From positions 2,720,001 through 2,784,000 of the forward strand of contig CAVTCS010000003.1 in NCBI GenBank assembly GCA_963733295.1: a stretch of DNA of 64,000 bases. Direction: 5' to 3'. The DNA comes from Vulcanimicrobiota bacterium (GTDB lineage: Bacteria > Vulcanimicrobiota > Vulcanimicrobiia > Vulcanimicrobiales > Vulcanimicrobiaceae). Shown here piece by piece: positions 57,949 through 64,000 of the stretch; the first letter of the stretch is position 1; the number at the start of each line of letters is the position of its first letter. A program made the position numbers and the translations under genes. A model generated the notes under the pieces. That model saw only the letters and a program-made list of their open reading frames with translations. It was not told the DNA's origin and ran no database searches.

Positions 57949-59382
57949 TCACCGGCAGGTGGCTCGCCGGTCTCCGCTCTCGCTTGCCGCTTCGGGCACG
58001 GTCTCGGTCACCACCTCGGGCACGGCCTCGGTTGGCGCTTCGGCCACGGTCCCGGTCACCGCCTCGGGCACGGCCTGGGTTGCCGCCTCAGGCACCGTCT
58101 CGGTTGGCACCGTCTCGTGCACCGTCTCGGTTGCCGGCTCGTGCACGGTCTCGGTTGGCACCGTCTCGTGCACCGTCTCGGGCACGGTCTCGGTTGCCGC
58201 TTCGGGCAACGTCTCGGTTGCCGCCGTCTCGTGCACCGTCTCGGTTGCCGGCTCGGGCACTGTCTTTGCCGCCTCGGGCACCGTTTCGTGCACGATCTCG
58301 GTTGGCGCCGTCTCGTGCACCGTCTCGGTTGCCGCCTGAGGCATCGTTTCGTGCACGATCTCGGTTGCCGCCGTCTCGGTTGCCGCCTCGGGCACCGTCT
58401 CGTGCACGATCTCGGTTGCCACTTCGGGCACCGTCTCGGTCACGGTCTCGGTTGCAGCCTCGGGCACCGTCTCGGTCACGGTCTGGGTTGCCGCCTCGGG
58501 CACGGTCTCGGTCACGGCCTCGGGCACCGTCTCGGTCACGGTCTCGGTTGCAGCCTCGGGCACGGTTTGGGTTACCGCCTCGGCTTGCTTGATCGTGTCC
58601 ATGACGGGCCGTGGCCGGCTCGGCGCGCGTTCGATCGGAATCACCTGATCGACCCCGAGCAATTTGAGAGCGCGCGACGCCGCGCCGCCCTCGGGCGCGA
58701 CGATCGAAAAATGCGAGTCGCTGAAACGCCGGTACGAGTCTACGATTCCCTCCACGCCGGCCAAGTCGAGCGACGTCACCTCCGTTAAATCGAGCACGAG
58801 CTTGACGGGACCGGCGCTGCAGGCCTTTTCGATGTGCTGCGCAAGGGCGGCGACGGTCTGCCCGTCGAGCGCGCCTTTCCCGTAAATGACGGCCGTCCGC
58901 CAATACGCCGCGTTATCGCCGTCCCGTACGAGCGGAACGTCCGATGGAGGATCGGACGCCTCGACGCTCCGCGACACGTCTGCGGCGCTCGCAGCGCGAG
59001 CGCCGCTCCTCCGCGTGACGCGCAAGCTGGCGCGCACCAGTGGCTTGCTCGTGACCGTCGCGGATCCGTCCCCCGGCGCAGATAGCGACGCGACCGATTC
59101 GTCGGCCTTGTGCAAGAATCGCAGAAAGCCGAACGAAGCCGTCGCAGCGACCGCGAAGCACGTGCCGAACGCCGTATAGAGCAAGTTGTAAACCGAATAG
59201 CGCGGCACGAAGAAGTACCCAACGACGCTGGCGACTGTCAGGGCGAAAAAGTAAGCTCCGCTCAGGCCGAACAGGACCTTCCAAAAAATGCTGTCGGCGG
59301 AGAAATCTTTCCGCGCGACGGCCAACAGCGAACCTGCCAGCAGAAGTCCGACCGCGAAAGCAACGAGGATCGGCGGCGGCAT
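57949..59382 (-). CDS. Membrane protein: 3 TM helices, STAS-like domain, acidic tetrapeptide-repeat tail
   Basis: Three hydrophobic segments, GALDG.....L, LVLDLTEVTSLDLAG, RALKLLG.DQ, then (E-T/A-V/A-P/T/H)n. Confidence 0.8.
   Translation of the reverse strand: MPPPILVAFAVGLLLAGSLLAVARKDFSADSIFWKVLFGLSGAYFFALTVASVVGYFFVPRYSVYNLLYTAFGTCFAVAATASFGFLRFLHKADESVASLSAPGDGSATVTSKPLVRASLRVTRRSGARAASAADVSRSVEASDPPSDVPLVRDGDNAAYWRTAVIYGKGALDGQTVAALAQHIEKACSAGPVKLVLDLTEVTSLDLAGVEGIVDSYRRFSDSHFSIVAPEGGAASRALKLLGVDQVIPIERAPSRPRPVMDTIKQAEAVTQTVPEAATETVTETVPEAVTETVPEAATQTVTETVPEAATETVTETVPEVATEIVHETVPEAATETAATEIVHETMPQAATETVHETAPTEIVHETVPEAAKTVPEPATETVHETAATETLPEAATETVPETVHETVPTETVHEPATETVHETVPTETVPEAATQAVPEAVTGTVAEAPTEAVPEVVTETVPEAASESGDRRATCR
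57982..58581 (-). repeat. Intragenic degenerate 12-bp tandem repeat (~50 units) encoding ETVP/EAAT/ETVH/ETVT
   Basis: On the + strand, units such as GCACCGTCTCGG and TTGCCGCCTCGG recur over 600 bp. Confidence 0.92.
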
Positions 59383-59390
59383 GTCGTTGG

Positions 59391-60575
<1,185 letters not shown>

Positions 60576-60606
60576 GGTTCTCCTCTAACGCCTGAACCGG
60601 ACGATC

Positions 60607-61473
60607 TCATGAAAAGCCTTTTGCGAATTGGCGAGCGAGCGCATCGCGTGCCGCGCGCTCGCGCTGCACGTACGCCGTAAGATCTTCGGTCAAGCCCGCC
60701 GTCCACTCGGAAACCTCGACCATCTGCGCTTGGAGCCGGACGCCTCGCACGTAGCGCTCGACGATCGTGATCACCCCGAGGCGGTCGCGCACGAGCAGAT
60801 AGCGCAAGGCGTCTTCGACCCGGGGAACGTCGATCGCCACCGACTCGACCGGACCTTTCCCGAACAACCCGGCGCGCTTGACCGAGACGACTGCCGGAAA
60901 GGCCGTTGTCAGGCGCGCCCCCGCGACTTCGAGGAGCGCTTCGGATTCGGGGCCGGCGTCGCTGACCATATGGCTGAGGATCTGCCGGACCATCAACGCG
61001 AGAGGCGGGGAAGACGGCTCGGCCGGCGCTTCGGGGAGCGAATCGATCGGCCCGAACCGCTCGGAGAGAAAAGAGCCATTCGCCGCAAGCGCCATCTCGG
61101 AACGCTCGGCGAGCGCTGCGAGCCGCTGGGCGGTCGCGCGTTCGAGCAGCGCCAGTTGATCGACGAGCATCGAGCGCGCCGCCGCATCGCGGCGCGCCGG
61201 CGGAATGTCGAGGTACGCCTTCACGGTCTCGGGCAGATAGCGCCGCTCGGTTTCGCGAATCGCATACGACGGCTCATCCGAGCCGTCGCCGAGCAGCGGC
61301 TCGGCCTGGCTCAGCAGCGCCTCAATGCGCTTGACCGACGCCTCTGCTTCTGCGGGCAGCGTGTTCACGTCCAGTGATTTTTGCACCCCTTCTCGGACGA
61401 TACCCTCCTGCGCACCGGCGTCGCGGCCGGTCGCCGTAAGGTTCGTCACTTTCGCCCGCGCTACGGCGAGCAC
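60607..61473 (-). CDS. TelA partner (XpaC-like helical domain) fused to an extra C-terminal domain; start 61473 or 61449
   Basis: YLPETVKAYL.IP and L.DQL.LL motifs as recalled for telA-adjacent genes; directly upstream of telA. Confidence 0.65.
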   Translation of the reverse strand: MLAVARAKVTNLTATGRDAGAQEGIVREGVQKSLDVNTLPAEAEASVKRIEALLSQAEPLLGDGSDEPSYAIRETERRYLPETVKAYLDIPPARRDAAARSMLVDQLALLERATAQRLAALAERSEMALAANGSFLSERFGPIDSLPEAPAEPSSPPLALMVRQILSHMVSDAGPESEALLEVAGARLTTAFPAVVSVKRAGLFGKGPVESVAIDVPRVEDALRYLLVRDRLGVITIVERYVRGVRLQAQMVEVSEWTAGLTEDLTAYVQRERAARDALARQFAKGFS

Positions 61474-61542
61474 TACCGGACGAAGAGCGCTTGGTTTCGC
61501 TCGCTTACGCGGCTTGCCGCTCGTCAGCTCGCAGCGCCCGCG

Positions 61543-62709
61543 TCAAACGACGTCGCGCAGCTTCACGAGGTGGACGCTCCGTACCCCGGAGCGGAGCACC
61601 GTCAGGTGCAGCTCGGCACCCGGCGGCCCGTGGGCGAGCGCCCACCAGCGCTGCGTGTCGACCGCATTCGCCGGCACGCCGTCGATGACGACGATCGAAT
61701 CTCCGTCGCGAAGTCCCGCCGCCGCAGCCGGACCGCCCGGAAGAACTCCCGAAACCGCGAACGTTCGCGCGTCGTTCTTATCGACGTTCATTCCCGTTCG
61801 ATCGTAAGGTTGCGGCAATCGCGAGGCCGGCGTGGACGCAAGGTACATGACGCGGCGCGAATAGTCGAAGGTCACGGTGAAGCGCTTCAGCGCGTCGACG
61901 CCGATGATGCCCGCATACTTCTTCGATGCCAAGGTCCCCGCACGGTCGCTCGAGAGCTGCAGCACGGGATCGCCAAGCGCGCTGCGGCCGATCGTGAACA
62001 GCTTGCCGCGGGCCAGCCGCGCGTACGTCGCGCCGCCGAGACCCTGACCGGCCGCCAGGTTGACGCTCGACGGATAGCGGCGCGTCAAGTCGTGCGCCGC
62101 AACGAACGGCGCCGTCAGCGCAATCTCGAACGAAGAGCCGCTGTCGACGAGAAAGGTTCCGGGAAGGCCGTCGAGCGTCGCCTCGACCATCGGAGTCGTA
62201 TCCTCAAATGATAGCGGTGCCGGTTCGTCGCCTCGCTCCGGACGGAACGTCGCACTCGGCGTTAAGGTGATTCGCGAGGTAGTGAAGTCGATGCGCGCAA
62301 CGTAGCGCGCGAGTAATTCCGCTCCCAGGTCGACCTCGACGGGCTTGGGGCCTCCGTCCGTCAACTCATAAGGAAGCGGCAAGACGAGGAAGGCTTGGTC
62401 GCGCAGGGTGATGCCGCCGATGCGCAGTTCGCGAACGCGCGTCTTGCTGTACGCGACCTTCGAGGCGCCGATCCCGCCCACGTTCGACGTTCCGCTTCCG
62501 ATCAGTCCCAGACGCCGCGCCAGCGAAGGCGTCATGACGTTGCGTCCGCCGGTGTCGAAGATCGCCGAGGTGCGGACGCCGTTGATTTGGACCTCGACCA
62601 CGATGTTGTCCGCGACGAGCGCGAACGGAACGACGGTCGAAGCCGTTTCGCCTCGCACTCCAGCCGGCGCGGCCAAAAGCGTCGCGACGAAAAGAAGTCC
62701 GGTCCTCAC
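61543..62709 (-). CDS. Exported double retropepsin-like aspartyl protease with PDZ domain
   Basis: Signal peptide, FDTGG and VDSGS catalytic motifs, GIIG, PDZ motif GGPAAAAGLR.GD. Confidence 0.88.
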   Translation of the reverse strand: MRTGLLFVATLLAAPAGVRGETASTVVPFALVADNIVVEVQINGVRTSAIFDTGGRNVMTPSLARRLGLIGSGTSNVGGIGASKVAYSKTRVRELRIGGITLRDQAFLVLPLPYELTDGGPKPVEVDLGAELLARYVARIDFTTSRITLTPSATFRPERGDEPAPLSFEDTTPMVEATLDGLPGTFLVDSGSSFEIALTAPFVAAHDLTRRYPSSVNLAAGQGLGGATYARLARGKLFTIGRSALGDPVLQLSSDRAGTLASKKYAGIIGVDALKRFTVTFDYSRRVMYLASTPASRLPQPYDRTGMNVDKNDARTFAVSGVLPGGPAAAAGLRDGDSIVVIDGVPANAVDTQRWWALAHGPPGAELHLTVLRSGVRSVHLVKLRDVV

Positions 62710-62746
62710 CCGCTGCCGGGTTGGCTCGAGCCGAGCGGTCGAGGTC

Positions 62747-62986
62747 TTACTCGACTGCGGCCGGGTCGCTCGCGGCGTCCTCGATCTGCGTGATGCTCTC
62801 GGCGCCGTGAAGCATCACGCGGCTCGGTGAGCCGCCCTTCTGGACTGGATCTGAGACGACGGCGTAGTGAGCGTGGCCGTGGCCATGGCCGGCGTCGCTG
62901 TGCAGCGTGCCGGCGAGAACGCGTCCATCGGCGAGCGTCACCCGAACCGGTTTACCAATGAAAGGCGCGACTTCTTGTTCGGTCAT
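62747..62986 (-). CDS. Small Sm/LSm-fold-like protein with His-rich loop
   Basis: IGKPVRVTLADGRVLAGTL (Sm1-like), GHGHGHAH, VMLHGAESITQI (Sm2-like); 79 aa. Confidence 0.6.
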   Translation of the reverse strand: MTEQEVAPFIGKPVRVTLADGRVLAGTLHSDAGHGHGHAHYAVVSDPVQKGGSPSRVMLHGAESITQIEDAASDPAAVE

Positions 62987-63000
62987 ATCTCTGCTTTCCG

Positions 63001-63036
63001 TTGACGACGAGGTTTCGCTTGACGACGAGGTTTCGC
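63001..63036. repeat. Perfect 18-bp tandem direct repeat (TTGACGACGAGGTTTCGC x2)
   Basis: 63001-63018 is identical to 63019-63036; 14 bp upstream of the LSm-like ATG. Confidence 0.9.
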
Positions 63037-63082
63037 TGCGGCCAAAACCGCCGGGCACCGGCGCGGGTTGCAGACCGCCTAC

Positions 63083-63131
63083 GAAGAGGGCCGCTCAGCG
63101 AACGACCCTCTCCGCCGTCTTCCCAGACGAC
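63083..63131 (-). other. Two adjacent RNA hairpins (terminator or structured leader/sRNA)
   Basis: Minus strand GUCGUCU-GGGA-AGACGGC (GNRA loop) and GGAGAGGGUCGUUC-GCU-GAGCGGCCCUCUUC. The G.U pairs form only on the minus strand. Confidence 0.55.
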
Positions 63132-63180
63132 CTTCCCTTTTTCCCCGATCGGCGGCTTGCCCAACGGGACTCGGGGGCGC

Positions 63181-63801
63181 TCACAGGAGACCGCGCTGTT
63201 TGGCCAGGGCCACCGCCTGCGCGCGGTTCTCCGCACCGAGCCGGTCGAGGATCTCGCCGACGTGGAACCTCACCGTGCGTTCGGCCACGTTCAGGCGCCC
63301 CGCGATCGCTTTGTTGGAAAGGCCCTCCTCGATCAGAGCGAGCACTTCGCGTTCGCGCGGCGTGATACGCAGATGGCGGGGCGTGTGAAGGGAACGCAAC
63401 AGTTGCGCGGCCACTTCCGCACCGAGTCGCGGCTGCCCGGCGACTGCCGAGCGGATCGTCGCCAGCAGCTCATCGCTCGGCGTGCCTTTGAGGACGTAGG
63501 AGTCCGCGCCGCGAGAGAGCGCGGCGGCGACGCGCTCCTCGCCGCCGTAGGCCGAAAAGACGACGATGCGCAGCTCCGGCAGCGCCGCCTTGAGTTCGGG
63601 AATCAACTCGAGCCCGCTGCGATCGGGAAGTTCCAGATCGAGCAACACGAGGTCGGGACGTTCGCGACGCACGAGCGCGAGCGCTTCGGCAGCGCTCCCC
63701 GCGCTCCCGGCGACGGCGATGTCGCTCGCATCCTGCAAGTTTGCGACGATCCCGTCGCGCACGATCGGATGGTCGTCCACGACCGCAACCCGAATCGTCA
63801 C
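63181..63801 (-). CDS. NarL/LuxR-family response regulator
   Basis: VVDDH, PDLVLLD, YVLK, TPREREVL..GLSNK.IA..L....TV.FH. Confidence 0.95.
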   Translation of the reverse strand: MTIRVAVVDDHPIVRDGIVANLQDASDIAVAGSAGSAAEALALVRRERPDLVLLDLELPDRSGLELIPELKAALPELRIVVFSAYGGEERVAAALSRGADSYVLKGTPSDELLATIRSAVAGQPRLGAEVAAQLLRSLHTPRHLRITPREREVLALIEEGLSNKAIAGRLNVAERTVRFHVGEILDRLGAENRAQAVALAKQRGLL

Positions 63802-64000
63802 AACGAAAGACGCGCGCTGACGAGCGTCCCCTTTCCAGCCGGATTCGCTTCGATGGAGAACGTCCCGCCGAGCGAACGCGCCCGCTCCGCCATCCCCACG
63901 ACCCCGTAGCGGCCTTCGCCGGCTCGAGCGGCGTCGTAGCCGGTACCGTCGTCGCCGATCGTCAACCTGACGTCGCGTTCCCCGGAAGCCAGCACGACTT
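63798..64000 (-). CDS. Sensor histidine kinase (HisKA_3/NarX type), C-terminal fragment
   Basis: LTIGDDGTG, YGVVGM.ERA..LGG, GT.V; runs off the window end; GTGA-coupled to the regulator. Confidence 0.88.
   Translation of the reverse strand, partial: VVLASGERDVRLTIGDDGTGYDAARAGEGRYGVVGMAERARSLGGTFSIEANPAGKGTLVSARLSL

Noticed and set aside
57982..58581. Repeat region as a CRISPR array
   Set aside because: The units are contiguous, degenerate, in-frame 12-mers with no unique spacers, and no cas genes are present.
57678..58788. Plus-strand ORFs with striking HRLG/HGLG/CRLG or Arg/Ser/Pro repeats
   Set aside because: These are antisense shadows of the 12-bp repeat in the minus-strand TM-STAS gene, which has recognisable domains and operon context.

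Overview
A high-GC, gene-dense 64-kb chromosomal window of about 55 CDS. I found no rRNA, tRNA, CRISPR array, integrase or transposase. The gene content and a GAAC-N4-GTTC SOS box point to a Terrabacteria-type organism; Eremiobacterota/WPS-2 is a guess. In order, the window holds: (1) two tandem RND transporters, the first 5'-truncated, with a ~200-aa Ser/Ala/Thr/Pro insertion and four +1 frameshifts; (2) a quinone oxidoreductase and a double trypsin-like protease plus atypical LuxR regulator; (3) a split SOS mutagenesis cassette (imuA-esterase-imuB-secreted protein, an SDR, dnaE2) with two near-identical LexA-box promoters; (4) an SbcD-like/YhaN-like nuclease-ATPase pair; (5) ftsE-ftsX-M23-S41-S41 and RNase E/G; (6) a minC-minD-minD-minE-rodA operon with two different minD paralogues; (7) the RDD/SpoIIM/DUF58/MoxR/DUF4350/DUF4129 cluster; (8) an SDR with a QueA-like gene; (9) a TelA operon with a membrane STAS protein carrying about 50 tetrapeptide repeats; (10) an Sm/LSm-like small gene behind a structured intergenic region, and a NarL-type two-component system. 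The best leads are the two-MinD Min system, the twin LexA promoters with cargo genes, the RND insertion and the TelA-STAS operon. All family calls come from motif recognition by eye; no database searches were run.
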